From assembly GCA_046563655.1 (NCBI GenBank), contig CM102289.1, forward strand, positions 2,604,001 through 2,668,000: DNA of 64,000 nucleotides, given 5' to 3'. The DNA comes from Yuukianura sp. NJ FZ-2021 (lineage: Eukaryota). How positions within the stretch are numbered: position 1 is the first letter of the stretch; each line of letters starts with the position of its first letter. Positions 12,237 to 24,067 of the stretch are shown here, one piece after another. The notes beneath the pieces are model-generated. The model worked only from the letters and a program-made list of their open reading frames with translations, did no database searches and had not been told where the DNA came from. Position numbers and translations under genes: made by a program.

Positions 12237-12506
12237 CATGAAAAGACAAGAAAAATGGCAGTGTAATAGATGGTTTTCATATAGCATACAAAGCGCGGGG
12301 ATTTGTAAATAAAATTACGTCTTCGGGGCAAATAAAAGTGCAATTGAAACGGATGATGTTAGAGAGTAGTAACAGGAATTCAGTCGTAACTTTGTGTCCT
12401 GGTACTTTGCTATCTTCGATTTGATCAACGTGTGTCAGGGCGTCTTCATCTTCATCATCTTCGCTTGCAACAAGTCTACTCTTCTCTTGCTCTAAGCTAA
12501 GTACCC
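12237..12506 (+). pseudogene. Internally deleted relic of the Methuselah-like gene
   Basis: 12237-12380 aligns with 14249-14391 (upstream flank) and is fused directly to 12378-12506, which aligns with the TM7 exon 17435-17563 and carries a CAA>TAA stop. Confidence 0.88.
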
Positions 12507-13097
12507 CTAAATAAAATAAAGAATTAGTATAACCGATTTTCAATTCGTCTTCAGATTCAGATGAACTTTCACAATGTCTGGAGGTGCCAAAAACAGTTTT
12601 TAATTATGCCATTTGTATTTCTATTAAAAGTTCTTTTGAATGCCATATATTCTTGAAATTGGCAAAGTTATGTTCCTGAAATGAAAAATTATCTATCGTA
12701 GACGGTTTGCGGTCTGACATAAATAATTCAATTGACTCTGCTCAATTAGTTTATTGGCTTTACCTGACCATTTATCAGAACCCGCTAACAACCTTAAACG
12801 AAACCAAACTGACAATAATTGTGGACCAGCATTGAAATACAAATTAAGTTGTTGCGGTGAAGTTACTTTATTGGAAAGAGGAAGGCGAACTAGTAAATGA
12901 AGTGAAGAAAATTGGCTCTATCAACTTGAACTTAATTCAAAGCGGGAAGTACAATTTAATAAATTAATTGGAGTTCATGATTAGTCAATTGAGTTTGACA
13001 TATAAAATAGACGGGAAATTTTGAAATTGATTAGTCACATATAATTTTCCAATTGACTTTAACAAAAACACCGAAAAACAAAAAAAAAAAACATATT

Positions 13098-13918
13098 ATG
13101 GCCAAGTTTGTTTACCTTTTGGCCCTTGTGGTAAGTTTTTTTATTAGATAGAAAATAATAATGTTTTTGTAATTCAAAATAAAATTTTGAAATCCATTCA
13201 CAGCAATTAACTAATTTTCTTTTATAGGCGTACGCCAACGCCGGCATTGTGAAGCGAGGACTTGCTGACAATTTTGGTTAGTTTCATAATTTAACTTTGT
13301 TAAGTTTTTTTTTTTTGGAAAAATTTCAATTAATATAATAAAATATGTAATTTCAAAATCAAGCACTTCTCTTGTTTGTGGCGCAGTTGGAGCCATTTCT
13401 GATGTGGGAAGCACTGTTTTGCCAGAGGATTCAATGCGAAATGGCTGTGCTTCTGTCGGACTGTACAACCGAGAGAAGGACGGAAGCCCACCACGCCAAG
13501 GTTCCAGTGGAGGTGGACTCTGTAAGTTCAAATTCAAAAATGGCGCTATTATACAAACAATTTGAAATGCTTCCTGCTTTCCCGCCAGAAATGAGCATAT
13601 ATTGATTGTGTTTCAGTTGGAGCGCTTGGTGGTGGATTGGCTCGATTCGGCAACACTCTTTTCCCAAAGAGTGGCATGGAGCAGGGCTGTATCAACGCTG
13701 GATTTTACGATCCAGATCTAGACAAATACGGAAAACCTAAGTACCAGGGAGGTCAAGGAGGTTCTAGCCAAATGGGAGGTTCAACCACAAACATCTACGT
13801 GGGTGGCCAACGTCAAGGTCAACAACAACAGACTACCACGAAAACATACAAATGCATCCGCAACGGACTAACAGTACCATGCGACCCTGCAACTCTTGCG
13901 CAAGCCCAAGGAAAATAA
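13098..13918 (+). CDS. Secreted Gly/Gln-rich precursor of unknown family, paralog B, 4 exons, 172 aa
   Basis: Exons 13098-13130, 13228-13276, 13387-13521, 13617-13918 in frame: MAKFVYLLALVAYANAGIVKRGLADNFVGAISDVG...KTYKCIRNGLTVPCDPATLAQAQGK. TATAAAA at 13001. Confidence 0.88.
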
Positions 13919-15285
13919 GAATTTAAACCAGCATGGATTCACTTCACCCTGCTGAACCAGCACGCCAATACTTAATTACTTAAATTATATTGGCAAATTG
14001 ATACTATACAAGTTGGCTTAAAATGTGAACCATAAGAAATATATTTCAGTCTATTTTTTGTTGCTCTGCAACAACTCCGAATTTTTCTTTCCAGTTTTTA
14101 AAAATAAAAATTCTTACTACATTCTTCCAAATTCTCTGAAAAGGCTACCGAGAACCTAAAAGTTTTACGGCTTTCGCTTGTCGGATGGTAAAAAATCAGC
14201 AATAATGCGCATGTGCTAATAGGATTGTGCACGTTCTGCTGTATTTGTATGAAAAAGGGAAAGAATTGGGTTTTGTAATAGATGGTTTTAATATTGTGTC
14301 CAAAGAGCGTGGGGTTTCAAAGTGAAATTAGGCCTCTGTGGCAAATAAAAGTGAAATTGAAACGAATGATGATGGAGAGAAAACAGGAATTGGAGAAGAA
14401 TAAATTACAGACCTCACCGCAATTAAAACACTATGTGCATACTATGACTTTGTGCAATTTAGAAGCTGGTTGCAAAATTGTTTTTCCAAAGAAAGTACAT
14501 TCATTGCTCGTGTGGTGAACATGTAAAGTTGTTGTTTTTTTTTTGAAATTTTTTGAAAACTGTTTCTGAAAATTCAGTTCCGTGTGTCTCACTTCTTGTG
14601 TGAATTTGATTAAATTAGAGTGAGATGTTATCCGTTTTCATTAGCCTTGGGAATTACGTGTGCCTCGTGTCATAACTCCAATTAGACGGTGACACATCCT
14701 ACGTGATCCACCAAATCCCAACTGCTCATGTGCATTACTTTCTTCTTCGAAACTGGTTTTTAGATGTCTTCAAAGAAACAATTTGTTGAGTTTATACAGT
14801 GTTAACCAATCTTCAAACTCTCATAAATCAAGATTAAGAAATAATCCGCTCTGCAAGTCTGCTGGAATTGGCATATAAAATGTCGTCCAGATACCAAAAA
14901 ACGGAGTTAGTTGATTTTTGGGCGTCAGCTTTATAAACAGCGGTAACTTTTTTTTTGTAGAATTTTGTAAAATTCACGAATTTCGAGTGACGTAGGATCC
15001 AATTTTGGGCTATTTTTAATTTTTAAACGCAACCCCACTGATGTGTAATTCCCTTGGGGCATTACGGGTCATGCAACATGGGAGTGGCTTCAAAGATCAA
15101 CTTTTGTAAATGAAGTAAGTGGGGGTTCGTCTTTTGGCTTGGACATGTTTATGCAAAATGTTAGAAAATTTTGGAAATTTTGCTTAATTAGTAATAGAAG
15201 TATCTGTGAACTACAAGAAAGGCCTTGCGTAGTGGCGTTTGGGAAACAATGTGACTAAAACGTGAATGTGCGAGTAGTTTCAGGA

Positions 15286-17892
15286 ATGAAAACAATTATT
15301 TGGTATTTGTTTTTGACCTTTGACCTCACAATAACTACTCAGTTGGCTGTACAAAGTTGTTGCCCAACTGATCAGTATTATTATAATGGTACTTGTGCAT
15401 TATCATCAGAAAAAGCAAGTTCACACATCATCGATGATCTCTTGTTCAACTCCCAAATTCAGTAAGATTTAAATTATTATTTGATTTGAATAAATTAACT
15501 AACTCAAGTTATTTTTAGTGTAAATGACCGTATCAGTCCGTTTTCATGCAAAGACGGGTCATCTACCATTATCACCTCAAATGTAACAGAAGTCAATGAC
15601 ATTATCTCAAAGGTCACTCAAACAGGATTTGAGGGCTGCATATTCAAGTGAGTGACACAAACTAAGGTGAAGTTTGTAAATTGTGTGACGAAAAGTTTAG
15701 ATTTTTGTAACATACTTTATTTTTTATAACATGTTTTAATTAATATCATATTATTGTTTTTTCAAAGAGATCCAAATGACAAAATTGGTGTTTATGAATG
15801 CGGGAATGCTAAGAGGTGCAGTTTGGATCGCCGTGAACGGAGTCTTTGTTTACCAAAATGTTGTGAATTGGGACAGCTTCTGAGTATTTCTGAAACTAAG
15901 GTGGGGTGTGTTGAGACTGATTTGGAATGGACTCCCGCCATTTTCAAAAATGTTTGGACACCAGTCGACCAACCAACACCGGTCCAATGGAATATTTCTC
16001 CACCGCGCACACTCTGCTCCGAAGGAATTTTATACTTCCAAACGCCGTATCTGCATTACCCAAAAAATTTGTAAAGAAAAAAAATTCTTGTAACCTCATA
16101 CTATTTTTTTTTTTTGATAAATTTTGAAAAGTTGAATTTTTTTCTTTGATAGATTTCGTGTAATGGAGGATGGTAGAGTGATTCACAAAGAGAGATCTCA
16201 TTGGTTAGAAATTCCCGCGGGTGCGTTCTGTCTTGAAGGAATTTTTCCCCAGAACGGGTCAAAGGTCAATGACCTTGTGTATAGATGTTTTGAAACAGAT
16301 ATGGAGGTAACTTCAAAACTGGAAGAATAGAACTTCATGTGAAAATTGAACTGAAAAATTCCATTTTTTTTTGTAGGAACATATCTACGAAGGTTTTTCC
16401 ACTTCAGTTGAGTACAAACTTGGTATCACCGTTGGGTGCTACATTTCCGCTTTCTTTGTTTTGCTGACGATCATCGTGTACTTACTTTTGTGGGAAGTTC
16501 AAAATATCCACGGATGGACACTACTCTGTTCCTTCATTAGTCTATTTTCACTCTATGTTCATCTGGGATTCATGCAGGGCTACCACGTTATTTGGGGAAC
16601 GGATGCAAACAACAGAAATTTTTTCTGCTGGATCATCGGTAAACTTAAAAAAAAATTTCTTTAGAAAATTTAAAATTTTAAAAATTTAAAGTGTTGCTGT
16701 TTTGTAGGTGTTGGGCTTCATTTCTCGTATTTGAGCTTCTTCTCCTGGGCGTCTGTTGTGAACTTTGACCTCTGGTTTACATTCAGGAACATGCGTGCAG
16801 TGCATCAAACTAAACGCAAATGGCGTCGTTTTTTGAAATACGCTGTGGCGGGATTCGGAATTCCTGTTGCCATCACGGGACTGTCCGTTTCATTTGACTT
16901 TGTTTACAGAGGAGATGAGTTGGCTGAATACGTTTTCCCAGATCCGGACTATGGATCAGACAAATGCTTTTTGGCTAGAAACGAATCTCCAATTGCTTAC
17001 TGGCTCGGGCCAATCGGATCTCTCCTGACAATTAACATCATCTTCATCGTTGTCACCATCTCTTCTGTATACAAGGCTCAGAAGACAGCTAGTATTGCAG
17101 TCACCAACAGCTCGCGCAGACACAAGCAATCGTAAGTCATGGTTACTCGTTTCAGTTGTAGTAAGCGAAAGCTACTTTATGCAATAACCTAGTCTGTCTG
17201 TCTGGTTGTCCGTCTGATTCGAATTATGACGGTTTACAGCCAGGCCAAATTTTATCGGGTCGAAAGTAAATTTGTCTTTCGCTACTTGGGTAACGCCCAG
17301 TTATCATCGGATTATAATTTACATAATTTTGAATTGAATTGAGTTAATTAAAATAACAATTGCAGGTTGAAGTTATTTGGGAAGTTGTTGGTGGTGATGG
17401 GCGTTCTGTGGGTTTTTGATATCGTGTCGTTCGTATTCAGTCGTGACTTTGTGCCCTGGTACTTTGCTATCTTCGATGTCATCAACGTGTGCCACGGCGT
17501 TTTCATCTTCATCATCTTTGTCTGCAAGAAGTCTACTCTCCGCTTGCTCCAAGCTAAATACCCACACATTGCTCGTAAAACAAATTCAAAGTTTGGGTTC
17601 AAAATTTTAAAATCCAAACCAAAACTCAAATGGGCAATTTGTGTTGCAGGAATGAGCGCAAACGTAGGAAAGTGGTGGAATTCCAGCAGAGACTGCTGTA
17701 CCTACATCCCTAACCAGCTTCGAACCATTTACACGCGTAAATACTTCACTTAAATTTAATCACTCATTAAATTAACCTAATTGTAATTGTTTAAATTAAG
17801 CTATTATTTGTTTAGAAGGGAGTCGGCGAGTGAGTGCAGAGAGTCGGCGCAGTACTCAATCCGATCGCCCTACCGAACTGTCAACTGTGTAA
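15286..17892 (+). CDS. mthl: Methuselah-like (class B-related) GPCR, 9 coding exons, ~598 aa
   Basis: Exons 15286-15461, 15519-15647, 15768-16046, 16153-16306, 16377-16638, 16708-17131, 17366-17574, 17650-17736, 17816-17892 in frame. Signal peptide, SCCP/KCCE Cys-rich ectodomain, QNIHG, FFSWASVVNFDLW, PDYGSDKCF, KLLVVMGVLW, GVFIFIIFVCK. Confidence 0.9.
17156..17303 (+). mobile_element. Short Helentron/DINE-1-like element in a Mth-like intron
   Basis: agcgaaag...ctttcgct inverted subterminal repeat, gtctgtctgtct microsatellite, 3' hairpin tgggtaacgccca. Confidence 0.6.
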
Positions 17893-18530
17893 TGCGGTTT
17901 TACTTTAATTAGATTAACTAACGCCACAGAAATACGCTTCACAAATAAAAACTTATAACAATTTACTTTTAAGCCAGTGCTTGTGTAATATAAGCGCTAT
18001 TACACTTCATTTGAATATAAAAAAATAATTGTAACAAGTTAATTCGTAAGTTTATGAACGCGTGTGGTTGAACAATCCTTGTTCCGCTTTTCCCGAAGTA
18101 GCTTCGTCTTCATCGAACTCACACATATCGTAATATGGAAGAATAACAGAGAAAGGGATGTATTGGCCAAGAGAATAATTTATTCTCTACAACTTCAGAA
18201 ACCTTGAAATTACGTCGAGTTTTTGAACACAAAGAAATTTACGTTTTGTAGAAATGGCTACAAAAAACAACAGTATTTTGAAACCTTCATTCCTCACTCA
18301 ACATGGATATAAACAAGATTTTTGTTGAACAAAAAATTGTCGTATAACTACAAAAAACTTGTAACACTGAAGTTGCTCACAACAGCTGCTTACAATTTTT
18401 AAACCGCAGTGTAACATTGCTACAACTTTTTTTAAAAAATGTCCAATGGGTCAGTTTTGGAATTAATTTTTTTTTTCAAAACATGTTTTTCCTGGAGTAT
18501 GGGTACGGGTATGGGTAATGGGTATGTTTA

Positions 18531-18864
18531 CGTAGGGTTCAATGGTACAACATCAAAATCAAAACGCGCCGACGCCAAAAGAGCCAATCAAAAAATTCAA
18601 TTGGAAAAGCGCCGATTCTTAAAATAGATCAAGAAACCTACAAACTAGCTACGTTTCCAATAAAACTTCATCATATGTGCTAAACTAACTTAATCTAACT
18701 TATTTAAATCAAACTTAAAGTACTTAACTCTTGTTGTACGATGTTCAAACAATCGGTTCTTTAGGAATTGGCTCTTATGGTATCGGCCCTTTTGGAAATT
18801 GACTCTTTTTTATTGGCTCTTTTGGCATTGGCTCTTTTTCATTTGGCTGTTATAACCTGCTACG
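18531..18864. repeat. Foldback-like element with inverted arrays of 14-15-bp units
   Basis: Left arm aaaacgcgccgac/aaaagagccaat/aaaagcgccgat; right arm attggctctt/atcggccctt/attgactctt/attggctctt x2; ends cgtag...ctacg. Confidence 0.55.
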
Positions 18865-19230
18865 GTTTGGACATATTACCTACATTATAGTGGGACATAA
18901 ACAAGTTCCTTTATGCAAGAAAATTTCTTGTCAGATAAATTTACAACGATAACCTACCATCAAAACTGTGTTCAAAGAGTTGTAGTACATAAATTTTGTC
19001 CGTTTGTTCTTGACCAATGTCGTCAGCTTCAAGGACCACACCATAACGCTGTGTCTGCTACGCCTTTCTCGTGTCAACATTTTTGAAGTTTTTGATTACG
19101 ATATGAAAAAAGGGAAACTATGTTTAGCTAAAAGCAATACTTTTTGTGAAAAGCCAAAGTTCGCACTCGACAAAGAAACCGATTGAATACATTTGTGGTT
19201 TGCCAACAGCAAAACTCAGCATTGAGGAAA

Positions 19231-20514
19231 ATGTTGACGAAATTGCAAATGGAGGTAATACATTTCCAGCTAAGAACATTTTCGAAATTGAAACTGGCTC
19301 CGTTTTCATACAATGAAAAGGATGGCACTTTACAAACAACTGATCAGCTGCTAAGGAACTCAAAGGTCATTGCGTTAGCTGAATTTTTCTTAGCAACCTT
19401 TCACTACTGTATAGTTATTCATGAAATTCGACTACCCACAACACCCGTGTTTAAGCAAATTTTAGGCTGGCTATCGTTGTTGGCTTTTGCACTCGCAATC
19501 TTCATATGTAGAATCAACTTAGTTTTACATTCACAGGAAATTGCTACTACTATCAACAACTTGTTCTACCTCAACAAAATCATACGTAAGTATTATAGAA
19601 AAACAGGCATTCAACAGGCAATTCTGTTTTTTTTTTCCACTTTTGAACTTACAAAAATTGAAAACTGAATAAAAATGTAAAAGGAAAATTTTAGGAACAC
19701 GCATGCGCAAAGAAGTAGAATTGCAAGAAATTTCTTTTTTGATGGTAATTTGCATGGGAGTAATTGCTGTTCCGATGGCGGCGTTTACTTTAGTGTACGT
19801 CATTCTGAACACTTTAATTTCGACGCCAATCCTTGCAGTTGCCTACTGTTTCATCACGCCAGCGCTGACTATTACCAGTGTCCATGATCTCCTTCTTCAC
19901 TTATGGGCATCCCTTTCACTCTTCGTCATTCCGTTCTGGCTACAACTGGCACTGTAAAAACGTTCTTTTTTTTCTTCATTTTTTAAAAATAATTTATAAT
20001 ATAAATTAATACATATTTTGAATGCAGGAATCAGTTTATTATACCAACACGGAGGAAATGGCAACCGGTTTCAATTCGAATTTATCGTATGATGACTGTT
20101 TTGACGGAAGTTGTCAATGTATCAATAGGGCGCGGTGCTGGTCCTGCGATAAAACTGATGCTCATGCTAAACGTAGTGATTCTAGTCTACACTGCAATTA
20201 GATTCACAAGGAATTTTGACATCATCCTCTTCGCATTTGCGATTCTGGATGCTGCGGGAATGCTCATAATCATTACAGCTGGCGTCATTGCCATGTCCAG
20301 AATATTCTACTACTCTAAAATGTTTTGGGTGAATATGTGCAAAGGGCTGCTGTCTACAAGCAGCAGAGAAAGAAATATGCTGCGCAGAAGCATAAATACG
20401 CTGGTCCCTCTGCGTTTCCGGATTGGTTCGTTTTATTACATAGAGAAAAAATCCCAACTCAAAATGGCGGACTTTCTTGTAAATGGAATAGCATTTCTAC
20501 TAATTAACTTTTAA
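19231..20514 (+). CDS. Gustatory-receptor-like 7TM chemoreceptor, 3 exons, ~366 aa
   Basis: Exons 19231-19585, 19695-19953, 20028-20514 in frame. Multiple hydrophobic helices. C-terminus PLRFRIGSFYYIEKK...FLVNGIAFLLINF resembles the GR/OR-superfamily terminal region. Confidence 0.72.
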
Positions 20515-21052
20515 ATTAACTAATTTGTAGCTGTTGCTGTACGAATGAAAACCTTGTTTTGTTGCCCTAACTTTTCCCTTTTAAACAAAAAAAAACAGAT
20601 GAAGGTGAAAAATATTTTCCTAAGTAGATGAATTAGTTTTAAGATAATTCCACTCAACACATTATTTAACATATTTATTAGCATATATAAATATTACATC
20701 GTATTTCTTTGAATTTGTGTAAAAATAAATAATGTTGGCTCATAAATTTTAGCCGAAAAATTTAATGCTGCCTAACTATAAAACACGGAAATCCTAGAAA
20801 TTACATTTTTAGGTCACAAGTTGACCTCAAAGTGGAAGGACAGTATTTCGTTAAAGTTGTAGGGCTTGCATTTTGTGTTTTTTTTTTGTGGTTGCAAAAC
20901 CAAGTTAAACGAGAGAGACTTACGGTGGTGATTGTGGTCAATAGAACCAATTACGCTCAATTAAGAGCAACTAATGCCGCTACTAATTATACACAATATC
21001 ACACCTTCAAAAATTTTCAGTTTCGGAGTTTCCGCTTCGAAGCACATCAAAA

Positions 21053-21847
21053 ATGTTCGTGTTGCGTTTGTGTTGCAGTTCGTGTTTCCCATCTACGACG
21101 GAAGTTGTTGGTGCGCAGGTCAAAGGAGCGCTAAGAGTAGTGGACAATGTTTCACAAGTCAAAGGTGAAATGGAGCCGCTGTTGGCTAGGGCTGAAGAAA
21201 ACGTAATTGCAATTGGGAGCGACCTTGCACAAAATGCAGCAATAGTTGGCACCAGCGCAGTTGAAAATGTTGCAAATGCTGGCAACACAGCAGTGGCACA
21301 TGCAGAAGCGGCTGGAAATATGGCCGTTGGCTATGCAAAAAATAGTGGAGCTGCAGCAGTGGAAGGTGCCCAATCAACTGCAAGTTCTGTTGAAGAAAAC
21401 ATTTCAAATTTGGGTGCAGAGCTGAAACACAATTTTGGCGACATGCAGCACACGACTGCCCAGAGTATCCATGACGCTCAAGCGACATTCCAGGGGATTT
21501 CCAAATTGGAATCTGATGCAGAAGCTACTGTGAAAGCTGTGAAGGATGAGCTTAGTGGACAGGCGGAAGCTGCAAATTTGGCGACAGAAGTTCAAGAAAC
21601 GTTGACTGACGCTACGGATGTTGCCAGAGACGTGGCTGCTGCTGGTAGTGATCTTCTCAGTTTGGCGGAAGAATTTGAGATAACAGTTTCCGAGGCTTCT
21701 GAGGATGTTTCTGAAATCGCGTCGTCATTTACTGAACATGCAATCGATACTGTATCAGCAGTCACGCCGGAGGCTGCAACTGATGCTGTTCAGAATGCCA
21801 TGACAACGCTAGCCTCCAGTGTTCCGACATCAGTACCTGGAATGTAA
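21053..21847 (+). CDS. Ala-rich acidic protein with 11-mer repeats (LEA3/perilipin-like architecture), 264 aa, intronless
   Basis: 795-bp ORF with coding-like composition, tandem 11-mers at 21257-21388 and an N-terminal CCSSC. Confidence 0.8.
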   Translation: MFVLRLCCSSCFPSTTEVVGAQVKGALRVVDNVSQVKGEMEPLLARAEENVIAIGSDLAQNAAIVGTSAVENVANAGNTAVAHAEAAGNMAVGYAKNSGAAAVEGAQSTASSVEENISNLGAELKHNFGDMQHTTAQSIHDAQATFQGISKLESDAEATVKAVKDELSGQAEAANLATEVQETLTDATDVARDVAAAGSDLLSLAEEFEITVSEASEDVSEIASSFTEHAIDTVSAVTPEAATDAVQNAMTTLASSVPTSVPGM

Positions 21848-22044
21848 ATATGATAAAATACAAGAAAACGTACAAGAGCTACTAACAAAACATCGTAAGA
21901 AATATCGCAAGAAATGAAACAAAATTTTGAATTTTTATTACAAAACATGATTTCGTTTTCTAAATTTGGTTTTTGCGAATTTGGAATTAAAGAACACATG
22001 TCGAAAAATGTTGTTAAGCAAAAGCGTCTGCAGAATCTGGCGTC

Positions 22045-23016
22045 TCATTCTAGGAACAATCTTGTCTGCGTAGAGTTGTTTGTAAGTTGTTGCTGCATTT
22101 GAAGTAGATTTGCAGTGTAGCAGCCATTGTAGTCTCGGAAATACTCTTGAAACATTTCACGTACGCCCAGTCTTGTGAAAATTTCTTCCTCAAATTGCGT
22201 AAGTACTCCAAGAGAAATGCTCAAACTTCCGTACGAGCTAAGAATTTGGCCAATGAGCTTCGCCAGTCTGTTCATAGGATGGAAAAAGGTGAGCTCGATT
22301 GTCCATGCCGCAAGACTCAACATCAAAATTGTATTGGTCGTAAACAAACCTAGGCGATTTCTCAGAATTAATATTAATTTTCTCATATACAAATATATAT
22401 ATAACATCAGCTTAACATGAATGTACGATTGATACATACATTGATATTACATATACTTACGTTCATGTTATGCTGGTACATAATCTAATATTATAACCTA
22501 CCCTATTAATATTATTATAGATTATACCTAAGTATGGGCCAATATTCATTGAGTATTGGATATCGTTGTAGTTAATTGGTATTCCGAGAATGTAAAAGTA
22601 GAAAAAGTCCCAAACGTTGTAAAAATTCTCCATGGCAGACGGAATAAAGTCTACCATAAAGTACAGAATGTCGAGTCCAGATAAAACGTTGCTCAAGTCA
22701 TCCATAAACATTTGGTAGCCATCGCACGATTCCGAAACATTCTGATCCTGACGCTGTTGCACAAACTGTCCAGAAACTGCACTCGAGCCACCCAAATTGC
22801 CGTCGATGTTTCTGAAATCCAAATACAAAGAGAATTCTGCGGGCTAATTGTTTTTGACATAATGTATTACGGATCATTTCTATATTTAAATATAAATATA
22901 CAACTATTGTAATATTATAGCCAATTTATAATAATATAGTTATTTAAATTTTCTAATATACCTTTGATTTGGAGGTCTGATGAAGGGAAAGTTGTTATGG
23001 TTGAGTGGTGCTCCAT
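22045..23016 (-). CDS. Unknown hydrophobic/membrane protein, paralog 1, 3 exons, ~222 aa
   Basis: Exons 23016-22962, 22836-22528, 22349-22045 in frame. Shares CDGYxMF, DFIP, WDF..FYILG, QFEEEI and YNxCY with the gene at 24068. Start codon uncertain. Confidence 0.72.
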
Positions 23017-24067
23017 TTTTACCGGGAATTTTAAGGATTAGTAGCAACAATACTGTTACTGCGGTTTTCAAAAACTTCAAAAATTTAGATTTTTGGTTGT
23101 TTGTGGAGCACATTTGGGTAAATTTAACACATTTGAATTCAACTAGATATTATTGGTTACTATCAAAAATTATTGTTTGGTTTTGGTTTTGGTCACATTT
23201 CGTTTGACCATTTTTTTTTCGGAGTGGCGTCTATCGCGGCGTAAACTATACTGAATGAATGAGATTGTGATTGCTGTGGATGTTGATTGTTGAATTATTA
23301 CGAAAGGAGCTTCCACTACTCCGACTATCATGAAAAGACCACGATTCCATTGAATTTTTCATAATTCCTAAGTGAATCAGCACAAACTCGAGTCCCAGTT
23401 CCAACAACGAAATGCAAATAATAACTTTGGGTAACGGAGAATCCGTGCGGAATGGAAGAAAATCTGTGTTGTACTGCACAACTTTTACACCTCAAGTCAA
23501 TTTATCATTCAAGTAAAGTCATAAAACCTTGAAAAAAAGTTTATCTGAAAGGTTTGAAATGAGAATTAGTTGACGGGACAATTGACCCAAAATTATAAAT
23601 AAACTTGGACGCAATTTCAGTCTTTTGTGCAGTTTCGTAAATAGACTTTTTGAAAATCTCGAAATTACTCTTCGCAATTAGCCCTCCTTCCCACCATCAC
23701 ACATCCATTAACTATTAACTCAGCATATCGGGTTGTCCAACATGTGCAAATACCCAACATAATAAAAAAAACGCACACTACAATAACATTTGTGCAAAAA
23801 AGTGGTCATGTCAACTGTATGCTTCGGTGTCATTAAGCTTTACGTTCTATTACTGATTTAATTAGTAAGTTAATAATTAGAAACTATGCACAGGAACTTT
23901 GATCTCGTAAATACAATATATGCAATTTTGAATAAATATAAAATGTTAAAAATATTCAACATAAGTATAAAAACTACGTTAATAAAAAAAAAACTTAAAA
24001 CTTAACAAATTTTTGAAATCGGCTGAAACTGAGACATAGATTTGTATATCCATTGATGGTGGGTGTG

